A DNA stretch of 33,329 nucleotides. Source: Gaiellales bacterium (GTDB lineage Bacteria > Actinomycetota > Thermoleophilia > Gaiellales > Gaiellaceae). The stretch is taken from NCBI GenBank assembly GCA_038232215.1, contig JBBSIG010000001.1, positions 1-33,329 of the forward strand, in the 5' to 3' direction. Positions 1 to 8,041 of this stretch are shown in pieces (the stretch's first letter is position 1; the number at the start of each line of letters is the position of its first letter). Under the pieces are notes generated by a model. It ran no database searches. It saw only the letters and a program-made list of their open reading frames with translations, and had not been told where the DNA came from. The translations under genes were made by a program, and so were the position numbers.

Positions 1-605
1 CGATCGCGCGTGACTTCGTCCTGCGCGGCGATCCTCAGCGGGCACACGCCGCGCTCCGGGACGCTGCGCGGTCCCTCGACGTTCGGGGCACGCACGTGCC
101 CGTGCTCGCGCCCGGGGACGAGCTGCTCGCAGTCTGTGTCACCGGCGCCCGCTCGGCGCCTGCTCCCAACGTCCAGTGGATCGCGGATGCCGCGACGATC
201 CTGAGGACGTCGTCGAACGAGATCGACTGGGACCGGCTCGTCCGGCTCGGCCGCGAGTGGGGCCGGACGCTCCGGCTCCGAGACTCGCTGGAGTACCTGG
301 GGCGCCTGCCGGGGGTCGAGGTGCCGGCCGAGACGGTGAGCCTGCTGGAGGCGTCTCCTCCGACCCGGCGCGAGAGGCTCGCCCACGCCTGGGCGGCCGG
401 CTCGCTGAACGCCCTCGGACGCCTGCCCGAGACGCTCGGGGAGCATCTCCTCGCAACAGCGGACAGGCCTCTCTCCGAGGCCCTTGCCGGCTTCGCGCGC
501 ATCCTGCGCGAGCGCTGGGGAGTTCGGCACGGCTGGCAGCTCCCTCTCGCCGGGGGGCGGCGTGCGGGCCGGATGCTCCTGGGCGGTCGGAGTCGATCCA
601 TCTGA
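1..605 (+). CDS. Nucleotidyltransferase-family protein (PF14907 / NTP_transf_5-like), C-terminal part. The 5' end lies outside the window.
   Basis: Frame 3 is open from base 3 to the TGA at 603-605, with no in-frame stop upstream of the tracked GTG at 96. The translation (...PGDELLAVCVTGARS...VQWIADAATIL...EIDWDRLVRLGREWG...LRDSLEYL...) resembles, from memory, the helical C-terminal half of the 'uncharacterised nucleotidyltransferase' family. The stop lies 4 nt before the next gene start. Confidence 0.6.
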   Translation, partial: IARDFVLRGDPQRAHAALRDAARSLDVRGTHVPVLAPGDELLAVCVTGARSAPAPNVQWIADAATILRTSSNEIDWDRLVRLGREWGRTLRLRDSLEYLGRLPGVEVPAETVSLLEASPPTRRERLAHAWAAGSLNALGRLPETLGEHLLATADRPLSEALAGFARILRERWGVRHGWQLPLAGGRRAGRMLLGGRSRSI

Positions 606-609
606 GAGG

Positions 610-1218
610 ATGATCCCCGTCTCCCTCACCTTCGACGACGGCCCCTCGACCTGGACGGAAGCCATCCTCGACCTCCTGGCCGCGCACGACGCCCACGCGA
701 CGTTCTTCGTCGTCGGCGGGAGCGCCGACCGGCGCCGCGACACACTGATGCGAATCGCGGCCGAAGGGCACGAGGTGGGGAACCACACGTGGTCGCATCC
801 GTCCCTCGCACGCGAGTGCGACGACGGACGGGTTCGGGACGAGCTCGAGCGCACGAACGAGCTCGTGGCCGACGTCCTAGGCGCGCCGCCGACTCTCTAT
901 CGCGCGCCTCACTACGACGTCGACGAGCGGGTCGACGCGATCGCCTCGCGGCTGGGGCTGACGCACGTTCGCGGCGACGTGGCTCCGCCGGACTGGCACG
1001 ATCGCTGGACTGCCGGTCTCACCGTGACGTTCGTCCTTCGGCAGATCCGACCGAACGGGATCATCGGCCTCCACGACGGCGTCCCGCCCGCGGAGGCCGG
1101 CGCTCGCAGCCGCCAGGCGACCGTGGACGCGGTCGCGGCGATCCTCCCGGGCCTCGAGGAGCGCGGACTCACATCCGTTCCCGCCTCGCGGCTCCTCGCA
1201 CGGACGGAGTCGATCTGA
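610..1218 (+). CDS. Polysaccharide deacetylase (NodB homology domain), no signal peptide
   Basis: ATG at 610 is preceded by GAGAGG (604-609). NodB motifs are visible: TFDDGP, HTWSH (His-x3-His), YRAPHY, IIGLHDG. The tracked start at 484 would overlap the upstream gene by 120 nt and adds Arg/Ala/Gly-rich junk, so 610 is preferred. Confidence 0.9.
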   Translation: MIPVSLTFDDGPSTWTEAILDLLAAHDAHATFFVVGGSADRRRDTLMRIAAEGHEVGNHTWSHPSLARECDDGRVRDELERTNELVADVLGAPPTLYRAPHYDVDERVDAIASRLGLTHVRGDVAPPDWHDRWTAGLTVTFVLRQIRPNGIIGLHDGVPPAEAGARSRQATVDAVAAILPGLEERGLTSVPASRLLARTESI

Positions 1219-1295
1219 TCGCCCGCGCTGAGCCCGCTCTCCGGCGCCGGAGCTACGCGCTTCGAGCTCGCGTCGATCTCGTTCGCTCGATCGGC

Positions 1296-2369
1296 GTGCG
1301 GCACGCCTGGCGGCGCCTGCGGGACGATCGGCGACACGGTCAGGCGCTCGTCGAGCGTCGGGTGCGCGTGCCGGACGAGATGTGGCGGGAGGGTGCTGCG
1401 CTGCTGGGGGCCGACGTGCGAGAGCTGGCGCCCACCCTGCTGGAGTTCCGGCTCGACGGGGCGACCGTCCGCATCAGGGGGCAGACGACTCCGTTCGCGG
1501 ATCCCGTCTCCACGGAGGTCGCCTCCGACAAGCCCCTCGCCTATCGGATTCTGTCGGAAGCCGGTCTTCCCGTTCCCGCGCACGCCGTGGTCGACGCCGG
1601 CGACCTCGGGGCGGCGGCCGCATTCCTCGAGCGTGTGTCGCCCCCGTGCATCGTCAAGCCGGTACGTGGCGGCGGCGGCGAGGGCATCACCGGCGAGGTA
1701 CGGACGACGGAGCAGCTTCGGCGCGCGCTCACGCGCGCCGGGCGATTCGATCTGCGCGTGCTCATCGAGCAGCAGCTGGAGGGAGACTCCTACAGGCTCC
1801 TGCTGCTGGACGGGAACGTGCTCGACGTGCTCCGCCGCTCGCGGCCGCAGATCACGGGCGACGGCATTGCCACGATCCAGGAGCTTGTCTTCGCCGAGTA
1901 CGCTCGCCGCATCGACGCCGGGGGGGCGGCGGGACTGAAGAAGTTCGTGGTCGATCTCGACTGCCTCTTCGCGCTCGAGCGCGCCGGCCGGCGGATCACC
2001 TCGGTTTTGCCCGCCGGGGAGGCGATCGTGATCAAGACCGCGACGAACTACAACGGCCCCGGCGAGAGCGAGACCGTCTTTCCCCCGATTCCCCGCGAGC
2101 TCGTCGAGCCGGCGCGGGTGGCCGCAGAGGCGCTCGGCGTCCGGCTGGCCGGTGTCGACGTCCTGACCACCGATCCAGGACGGCCGCTCTCGGAGAGCGG
2201 AGGAGTCGTCCTCGAGGTGAATCCGGTCCCCGGGTTGACACACCACTACAACGTGGCCGACCCGGCCCGCGCGACGCGCATCGCGGCGCCGATCCTCGAG
2301 GCGCTCTTGCAGCCGCAGGCGAGTGTCGACGGTGCGAGCCGCCGCGCGGTTCGCGCCGGACGACCGTGA
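1296..2369 (+). CDS. Stand-alone ATP-grasp ligase resembling the ATP-grasp (G) domain of cyanophycin synthetase
   Basis: Collinear with the CphA ATP-grasp region as I remember it: SDKPLAYRILSEAGLPVP, CIVKPVRGGGGEGI, RVLIEQQLEGDSYRLLLLDGNVLDVLRR, PQITGDGIATIQELV, IKTATNYNGPGES, LAGVDVLTTDPGRPL, VVLEVNPVPGLTHH. No Mur-ligase-like second half. Start is uncertain: GTG 1296 is the first canonical start after the upstream stop, ATG 1380 is an alternative, and the tracked 789 start lies inside the deacetylase gene. Confidence 0.85.
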   Translation: MRHAWRRLRDDRRHGQALVERRVRVPDEMWREGAALLGADVRELAPTLLEFRLDGATVRIRGQTTPFADPVSTEVASDKPLAYRILSEAGLPVPAHAVVDAGDLGAAAAFLERVSPPCIVKPVRGGGGEGITGEVRTTEQLRRALTRAGRFDLRVLIEQQLEGDSYRLLLLDGNVLDVLRRSRPQITGDGIATIQELVFAEYARRIDAGGAAGLKKFVVDLDCLFALERAGRRITSVLPAGEAIVIKTATNYNGPGESETVFPPIPRELVEPARVAAEALGVRLAGVDVLTTDPGRPLSESGGVVLEVNPVPGLTHHYNVADPARATRIAAPILEALLQPQASVDGASRRAVRAGRP

Positions 2370-3672
2370 CGTGACGCCCTTCGCGGCCGCGAAGGGCGTC
2401 TTCGTCGCAACCGGCGACGAGCGGCAGCAGATCGAGGGTCTCGGCTTCGAGCCGCGGGCGCTCATCCTCTGGTGGGCGCTCCAGACGGGCGAGGGGGTCG
2501 AGCGGGGCAACCGCGGCGGGCTCGGCTTCTCGGCGAGGGGATCGCGAAGCGCAGCCGTCGCCTGGGCCTCGGACGACCAGGCCGCGCCCACGCGAACTGC
2601 GCGCTGGGGAGAGGAGGCGGCCCTCGTCGGGCTCGACGATGCAGCCGCCCCCGCTCCGGCGCTCCGAGCCGAGCTCTCCTGCTTCCATCCGGACGGCTTC
2701 GCGCTCGAGTGGTCCGTTCGCCCGGCCTCTGCCTGGACCGTCCACTACCTCGCGCTCGGTGGAGACGACCTCACCGGCTCACGCGTCGGCTGGCTCACGA
2801 CGCCGGTCTCGCCGGGGCGCCAGCGCGTTGCCGGTGTCGGCCTCCGGCCGGACGTCGTCCTCGTCGCGCCCACCGGCCTCGAGCATCTGGCGACGCCCAC
2901 GCGCGGGCTGTCGGCGGGCATCGGCGCCGCGGGCGCCCGGCGCAGGCAGGCGGGGGTCGGCTTCGCCTCCCGCAACGGGGCCGAGGCCGGCGACGTGGCC
3001 GGCGGGCAGCGCGGCGACGCAGCCGTCGTGGCCGTCTCGGGCCGGGACGAGTTCGCAGCGCTCGCGACTGTCGCCTCGCTCGATCCCGACGGGCTCACGA
3101 TCGACTGGGCAGACGTCTGGCCGACGCCCAGGCGGATCCCTTACCTGGCGCTCGCGGGAGTTCGGTGCATGGTCGGGACGGACTTCTCGCCGAGCTCGCC
3201 CGGCGCGGGTCGCACGCGCGTCGGCTTCCGTCCACAGGCACTGCTCCTCTTCACGTGGGGACTCGGCGCCTCCTCGCAGCCCACGGACATCGGCCGGCTC
3301 AGCATCGGAGGCGCCTCCTCTCCCGGCGCGAGCGGTTGCGCGAGCTGGGACGACCGGGACGTCGAAGCCCGCCCCACGAGCACGCACGTGTGCTCGTCCA
3401 CGGGAGACGTGATCGTCGTGACGAACACGCAGACGGGCGGCGTGCACGCCGCCGCCTCGCTGCGCTCGCTCGACTCCGACGGCTTCACGCTCGACTGGAG
3501 CCGGTCGGACGGGCTACGCCGGCAGTTCGTCTACGTCGCGCTCGCGGCTCCGGGCCGCCCGGGGCTGAACGAGATCGTCCGCAGGTCGGGCACGCGGATC
3601 GCGTCGGCCGTGAAGAGGGTGCGTCAGCGAATCGCGGAGCGCCAGCGCTCGGCGTCGTCCCGCGGTGCGTAG
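2323..3672 (+). CDS. Hypothetical protein built from three tandem ~125-aa repeats. No family recognised, no signal peptide or TM segment.
   Basis: GTG at 2323 (alternative GTG at 2371, 1 nt after the upstream TGA at 2367-2369). This is the only frame here with protein-like composition (W, F, Y, D, E present) and G/C at third positions. The internal triplication at the protein level argues strongly that this frame is translated. Confidence 0.7.
   Translation: MSTVRAAARFAPDDRDVTPFAAAKGVFVATGDERQQIEGLGFEPRALILWWALQTGEGVERGNRGGLGFSARGSRSAAVAWASDDQAAPTRTARWGEEAALVGLDDAAAPAPALRAELSCFHPDGFALEWSVRPASAWTVHYLALGGDDLTGSRVGWLTTPVSPGRQRVAGVGLRPDVVLVAPTGLEHLATPTRGLSAGIGAAGARRRQAGVGFASRNGAEAGDVAGGQRGDAAVVAVSGRDEFAALATVASLDPDGLTIDWADVWPTPRRIPYLALAGVRCMVGTDFSPSSPGAGRTRVGFRPQALLLFTWGLGASSQPTDIGRLSIGGASSPGASGCASWDDRDVEARPTSTHVCSSTGDVIVVTNTQTGGVHAAASLRSLDSDGFTLDWSRSDGLRRQFVYVALAAPGRPGLNEIVRRSGTRIASAVKRVRQRIAERQRSASSRGA
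2392..3546 (+). repeat. Three intragenic tandem domain repeats (aa 24-146, 153-279, 282-408 of the 2323-3672 product)
   Basis: Three anchors recur at nearly constant spacing. Anchor 1: GLGFEPRALILW / GVGLRPDVVLVA / RVGFRPQALLLF. Anchor 2: HPDGFALEW / DPDGLTIDW / DSDGFTLDW. Anchor 3: HYLALGG / PYLALAG / VYVALAA. Anchor 1 to anchor 2 is 84, 84 and 86 residues by my count. The repeats are diverged at the DNA level, so this is an old protein-level triplication. Confidence 0.8.
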
Positions 3673-4484
3673 CCGAGCGATCTTCGCGCCTCCTCGAGGT
3701 CCCAGAGGCGCCAGGTGTTCGCCGAGACGCCGTAGAAGACGCCGTAGCGAAGCGACGGCGGCGCCTCCAGGCAGCAGCTCACGAGATGCACGAGGTCTCC
3801 GTGGGTGAGGAGCGTGGCCAGGTGGCGCGCGCTCGCCGGGCGATTCTCGCGGTTGACCGTGCCGATCCGCAGGCAGACGACCGAGAGGCCGTGCTCGTCG
3901 GCGTAGAGTCGCCCCGCTGCCTCGCCGAAGGCCTTGCCGAGGCCGTACGCTCCGTCCGGCCGGATCGGCGCGTCCACGCCGAGCCGCGGGAAGCTCGCGG
4001 GATCGAGCTTGCCGTAGTCGCCGGCGACGACGGATGCATACGGCTCGTCGCGCTCGTACATGCCGACGACGTGGTTGGAGCTTGCGAAGACGAGGCGGCG
4101 GACTCCCGCGAGGCGTGCAGCCTCGAGCGCGTTTCGCGTTGCCGGCAGGTTGTTCTCGTACACCGACTCCCAGGAGGCGGCAGCGTCCGGGTCGGCGGCC
4201 AGGTCGACGACTGCGTCCACCCCCTCGAACGCGGGCCGGATCTCGTCGAGCCTCTTCATGTCGGCGACGACGTCCGTCCCGGAACCGCGGCTCGCGTCGA
4301 GGCCCCGGACGGCGTAGCGATCGCTCAGCCCGGCGCGCAGGATCCCGCCGATCAGGCCGCCGGCCCCGGTGATCAGGATGCGCTGCTTTCCGTCTGCTGC
4401 GAGTGGTCGGACGACCGCCCGCTCTCTAGAAGCGGGACGACGCAGCTGCCGGAAACGCCCGAGGACGTGCACCCGAGCCATCAT
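3624..4484 (-). CDS. NAD-dependent SDR (epimerase/dehydratase fold), uronate-dehydrogenase (Udh)-like
   Basis: Rossmann motif ILITGAGGLIGG, catalytic YGLGK, plus Udh-like blocks FASSNHVVGMY, IRPDGAYGLGKAFGE, CLRIGT, GVSANTWRLWDL, LGYAPRDDAE. Start is taken at the ATG-ATG pair (4484/4481). The tracked GTG at 4526 would leave only 18 bp to divergent lysS. GTG 4472 is also possible. Confidence 0.85.
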   Translation of the reverse strand: MMARVHVLGRFRQLRRPASRERAVVRPLAADGKQRILITGAGGLIGGILRAGLSDRYAVRGLDASRGSGTDVVADMKRLDEIRPAFEGVDAVVDLAADPDAAASWESVYENNLPATRNALEAARLAGVRRLVFASSNHVVGMYERDEPYASVVAGDYGKLDPASFPRLGVDAPIRPDGAYGLGKAFGEAAGRLYADEHGLSVVCLRIGTVNRENRPASARHLATLLTHGDLVHLVSCCLEAPPSLRYGVFYGVSANTWRLWDLEEARRSLGYAPRDDAERWRSAIR

Positions 4485-4544
4485 GCCGCAGGTGCGCGAG
4501 ACGGGCACGGGGAGCGCCGGGGCCACTCACTAGACTCGCTCGCC

Positions 4545-5918
4545 ATGCTTCCGAAGCGATTCGGGGATCGTGACGACGTCGCCTCCGTCCGACTCGAGGC
4601 GGGGGGGCTCGAGCCTGGGCAGGAGGCAGAGACGCGCCGTCGCCTCGCGGGACGCGTGCTCGCCCGGCGCGGTCACGGGCAGCTCGTGTTCCTCGACCTC
4701 GTCGACCGCTCGGGGCGGATCCAGCTGCTCTGCGACATGAGCCGCTCGGGACCCGTCGAGGTCGACCTCGGTGACGTGATCGGTGTGACCGGAGCCCCGG
4801 CGCGAACACGGAGGGGTGAGCCCTCGCTCGCCGTTGACGAGCTCGTGCTGCTCGCGAAGATCCGGCAGCCGCTGCCGGACACGTTCCACGGCCTCACCGA
4901 CACGGAGGCGCGCTACCGCCGCCGCTACCTCGACCTGATGATGAACCCCGAGTCGAGGGCGGACGCGCTCCTCCGCTCCCGGATGGTGAGCGCGATCAGG
5001 CGCCGGCTCGACGCGGAGGGCTTCGTCGAGGTCGAGACGCCGATCCTGCAGCCGCGCTACGGCGGCGCCTTCGCGGAGCCGTTCGTCACCCACCACAACG
5101 AGCTGGACCGCGACCTCTACCTGCGCATCGCGACCGAGCTCTACCTGAAGCGGCTCATCGTGGGCGGCCTCGAGCGCGTGTACGAGATCGGCAAGGACTT
5201 CCGCAACGAGAGCGTGTCGTACAAGCACCAGCCCGAGTTCACGATGCTCGAGTGGTACGAGGCATTTGCCGACTACCGGGACACGATGGTGCGGATCGAG
5301 GAGCTCGTGGGAGCGGTGACGGCGGAGGTGACCGGCGGGACGACCGTCGGCTTTCGCGGGCACGAGGTCGACCTGGCCCCGCCCTGGCGGCGCGTCGAGC
5401 TCGTCGACGCGCTCGCCGAGCACGGGCTCTGGACGCGCGACCCCGACGAGCTCCGCGCCCGCTTGACCGAGCGAGGGGTAGACACGCAGCACGACGGGAC
5501 GTGGGCCCAGCTCGTCGACCATGCGCTCGGCCACTTCGTCGAGCCGGCGCTGATCGAGCCGACGATCCTGCACGATTATCCCGTCGAGCTCTCGCCGTTC
5601 GCGCGGACGACCGACGACGATCCCACGATGGTCGAGCGCTTCGAGTACTTCGTGGGCGGGATGGAGCTCGGCAACGCCTTCACGGAGCTCAACGACTCGG
5701 TGGAGCAGGCCGAGCGCTTCGCGCTGCAGGCGGGCGAGCGGCAGGCGGGCGACCCGCTCGCCGAGGGCGGCGACCCTGACTACGTCGAGGCGCTCTCGTA
5801 CGGGATGCCGCCGACCGGCGGGATCGGGCTCGGGATCGACCGGTTGGCGATGGTGCTAGCCGGGCGCGAATCCATCCGCGACGTGATCCTGTTTCCCGCG
5901 CTCCGCGAGCGGCGGTAG
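4545..5918 (+). CDS. lysS: Lysine--tRNA ligase, class II
   Basis: ATG at 4545. OB-fold N-terminus (GRVLARRGHGQLVFLDLVDRSGRIQLL) and class II motifs are present: FVEVETPIL, KDFRNESVSYKHQPEFTMLEWY, YGMPPTGGIGLGIDRLAMVLAG. The tracked 1148-aa ORF (2472-5918) is this gene plus an open upstream frame of Arg/Pro/Ala junk. Confidence 0.95.
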   Translation: MLPKRFGDRDDVASVRLEAGGLEPGQEAETRRRLAGRVLARRGHGQLVFLDLVDRSGRIQLLCDMSRSGPVEVDLGDVIGVTGAPARTRRGEPSLAVDELVLLAKIRQPLPDTFHGLTDTEARYRRRYLDLMMNPESRADALLRSRMVSAIRRRLDAEGFVEVETPILQPRYGGAFAEPFVTHHNELDRDLYLRIATELYLKRLIVGGLERVYEIGKDFRNESVSYKHQPEFTMLEWYEAFADYRDTMVRIEELVGAVTAEVTGGTTVGFRGHEVDLAPPWRRVELVDALAEHGLWTRDPDELRARLTERGVDTQHDGTWAQLVDHALGHFVEPALIEPTILHDYPVELSPFARTTDDDPTMVERFEYFVGGMELGNAFTELNDSVEQAERFALQAGERQAGDPLAEGGDPDYVEALSYGMPPTGGIGLGIDRLAMVLAGRESIRDVILFPALRERR

Positions 5919-5920
5919 CC

Positions 5921-7933
5921 GTGAGGACGGCGCTCGCGGCGGTCCCCGCGCGCCTGCGCGAGGCCCCCGGTCTCGTGCCCGGTCTCGTCGCCCTGAGCGT
6001 CTTCTTCGTCTGGGCGTTCCACGGCGGCGGCTACGCGGCCACGGTCTGGTACCCAGGAGCGCTCCTGCTGCTCGCCTTGCTCGGAGTGGTCGCGCTCGCC
6101 TTCCGAGGGCTGGTGCGCGACCTTCCTCGCCCCGTCCTCCTCGCCTCGGCCTTCCTCTCGGCCTTCACGGTTTGGAGCTACCTGTCCATCTTCTGGAGCG
6201 GCGTCAAGGGCGACGCCTGGGACGGGGCCAATCGCACCCTCCTCTACCTCACGGTGTACGCCCTCTTCGCCTGGCTCCCGTGGCGGCCCTGGGCCGCGGG
6301 GGCCGCGCTCGGAGCGCTCTCGCTCGCCGCCACGGCGACGGGCGCGATCGTCATCTGGCAGGCGAGCACGTCGTCCGACCCGTCCACCTTCTTCATCGGC
6401 GCCCGCCTCGCGGACCCGCTCGGCTACGCGAATGCTCTCTGCGCCCTCTTCCTGATGGCGCTCTGGCCGGCCCTCTACCTCGCCTCCCGGCGGGGACTCC
6501 CGGCGCTCCTGCGCGGGGTCTTCCTCGCCGCGGCGGGGATTCTCGTCGAGCTCGCGCTCCTCTGCCAGAGCCGCGGCTCGCTCTTCGCCGCGCCGGTCGT
6601 CGTCGCGTTGTACCTCGCGGTCGTCCCCGGCCGAGTGCGCTCCGTGCTCGCGCTGGGCTCCGTGGCGGCTGTCGCCGGCCTCGCGCGCGGCACCATGCTC
6701 GCGGTCTACCCCGCCGCTCAGGACGGAGATCTCCACGCCGCGCTCCTCGACGCACGCCGCACCCTCGGGCTCTCGGCACTCGTGCTGCTCGGAATCGGCA
6801 CGGCCGTCGCGCTGGTCGATCGGCCCCGCCTGATCACGGAGAGCCTCGCGCGGCGGGCCGGCTGGGCCCTAGCCGCGATCGGCGTGGTCGCCGTGCTCGC
6901 GGGGTCGGCCCTGCTCCTGACCCTCGAGAGGCCCACCGATCGGGTCGCACAGGGGTGGCGGGAGTTCACCGCCGGCCAGACGAGCAACCCGGAGGGCTCC
7001 TACCTCACCGGCGGCCTCGGCAGCAACCGGTACGACTTCTGGCGGGTGGCGGTGAAGGAAGTTGTCCGGGCGCCGGTGGTCGGCGTCGGCGTCGACAACT
7101 TCGCGATCGACTACCTGCGCGAGCGCAGGAGCCTCGAGGAGCCGCTCTACCCGCACAGCCTCGAGCTCCGCGTGCTGGCGCAGACGGGAATCGTGGGCGC
7201 CGCCCTGTTCCTCGGGTTCCTGCTCCTCGCGCTCGCCGCCGTCTGGCGGGCCGGCGTGCGAAGCGGCCCCGGCGCCGGTCTCGCCGCCACCGCCGTCGTC
7301 GTCTTCGGCTACTGGCTCGTGCACGGGTCCGTCGACTGGTTCTGGGAGGCGCCGGTGCTCGGCGGGATCGCGTTCGCGGCCCTCGGCCTCGCCGCGCGGG
7401 CGCGCGGAGCCGACCCCGAGCGCTCCCGGGCTCGCTCGCCGCGCCCGGGAAACCGGCTCCTCCTCGGCGCTCTCGTCGCGGCCGTGGCGGTCGCCGGTGT
7501 CTGTTCGTACGCCTTGCCCTGGCTGAGCGCCGAGTACGTGAGCCAGGCGGCCGAGTCCTGGCCGGCCGATCCCGACGAGGCCTTCGACCGCCTCGACCGC
7601 GCCCGTCGCCTGAACCCGCTCAGCGATCAGCCGGACCTGATCGCCGGCGCGATCGCGGCTCGGCTCGACGATCGAGCGCGGATGCGGCGATCGTTCCGGC
7701 GAGCGCTCGTGCGGAATCCATGGAGCTGGTACGCTCGCCTCGAGCTCGCCGTCGTCGAGTCCAGCTCGGGCAGACGCGAGCCGGCATTACGGCAACTGAA
7801 CGCCGCGCGTAGGCTGGATCCGCTGGAGCCCACCATCCAGGCCGCGATCCGCGAGGTCCACGCAGGGAGGCAGCTCTCTCAGCGCGAGCTCGAGCGGACG
7901 CTCCTCGAGCGCGCAGCCGCGCGCGAGAAGTAA
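5921..7933 (+). CDS. O-antigen ligase/polymerase family (Wzy_C) polytopic membrane protein with C-terminal TPR-like repeats
   Basis: GTG at 5921, 2 nt after the lysS stop. About 12 hydrophobic spans. Wzy_C-type loop: SNRYDFWRVAVKEVVRAPVVGVGVDNFAIDYL...YPHSLELRVLAQTGIVGAALF. After the last TM comes a soluble tail with repeated ...A(R)RLNP / AARRLDP helical-pair repeats (TPR-like). Confidence 0.85.
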   Translation: MRTALAAVPARLREAPGLVPGLVALSVFFVWAFHGGGYAATVWYPGALLLLALLGVVALAFRGLVRDLPRPVLLASAFLSAFTVWSYLSIFWSGVKGDAWDGANRTLLYLTVYALFAWLPWRPWAAGAALGALSLAATATGAIVIWQASTSSDPSTFFIGARLADPLGYANALCALFLMALWPALYLASRRGLPALLRGVFLAAAGILVELALLCQSRGSLFAAPVVVALYLAVVPGRVRSVLALGSVAAVAGLARGTMLAVYPAAQDGDLHAALLDARRTLGLSALVLLGIGTAVALVDRPRLITESLARRAGWALAAIGVVAVLAGSALLLTLERPTDRVAQGWREFTAGQTSNPEGSYLTGGLGSNRYDFWRVAVKEVVRAPVVGVGVDNFAIDYLRERRSLEEPLYPHSLELRVLAQTGIVGAALFLGFLLLALAAVWRAGVRSGPGAGLAATAVVVFGYWLVHGSVDWFWEAPVLGGIAFAALGLAARARGADPERSRARSPRPGNRLLLGALVAAVAVAGVCSYALPWLSAEYVSQAAESWPADPDEAFDRLDRARRLNPLSDQPDLIAGAIAARLDDRARMRRSFRRALVRNPWSWYARLELAVVESSSGRREPALRQLNAARRLDPLEPTIQAAIREVHAGRQLSQRELERTLLERAAAREK

Positions 7934-7952
7934 AGAGTCTTTGAGCGTGCCG

Positions 7953-7981
7953 TTGACAGGGTCGGGCGGCGCACGTACTGT
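7953..7981 (+). promoter_or_regulatory. Sigma-70-type promoter candidate: TTGACA (7953-7958), 17-nt spacer, TACTGT (7976-7981)
   Basis: Read directly from the 108-bp, locally less GC-rich intergenic region upstream of the LPXTG gene. The -35 is a perfect consensus and the spacer is the optimal 17 nt. A stem-loop (cggaag-tagggg-cttccg, 7988-8005, extendable to 7985-8010 with a 2-nt bulge) lies in the predicted leader. Confidence 0.5.
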
Positions 7982-8030
7982 TTCGAACGGAAGTAGGGGC
8001 TTCCGCGTTCAGAACCTGCGGCGTTCGTCT

Positions 8031-8036
8031 AGGAGG
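8031..8036 (+). promoter_or_regulatory. Shine-Dalgarno AGGAGG, 5 nt upstream of GTG 8042
   Basis: Sequence tctAGGAGGaaactGTG. This is the strongest SD match I see in the window. Confidence 0.8.
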
Positions 8037-8041
8037 AAACT

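Noticed and set aside
912-2591. A 559-aa minus-strand ORF antisense to the deacetylase and ATP-grasp genes
   Set aside because: Its composition is Arg/Pro/Ala/Gly/Ser-dominated with no recognisable motifs. It exactly shadows a plus-strand gene that has clear ATP-grasp motifs. This is a typical shadow ORF of a stop-poor GC-rich genome.
3624-4484. The idea that the SDR is the missing ADP-heptose 6-epimerase HldD
   Set aside because: Its blocks (FASSNH..G.Y, RPDG.YG..K.FGE, SAN..WD) match uronate dehydrogenase-type SDRs rather than HldD as I remember it. It is also 15 kb from, and not co-oriented with, the heptose genes. A profile search would be needed to exclude it formally.
2472-4544. The upstream 690 codons of the tracked 1148-aa ORF that ends as lysS
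   Set aside because: Only the last 457 aa (from ATG 4545) are LysRS-like. The upstream part is Arg/Pro/Ala-rich junk that overlaps two well-supported genes: the triple-repeat protein in another frame and the SDR on the other strand.
5921-7933. The idea that lysS plus the downstream membrane protein is a split LysX/MprF lysyl-lipid synthase
   Set aside because: The membrane protein shows the Wzy_C loop signature and a TPR tail. It does not show the MprF flippase or DUF2156 synthase features.
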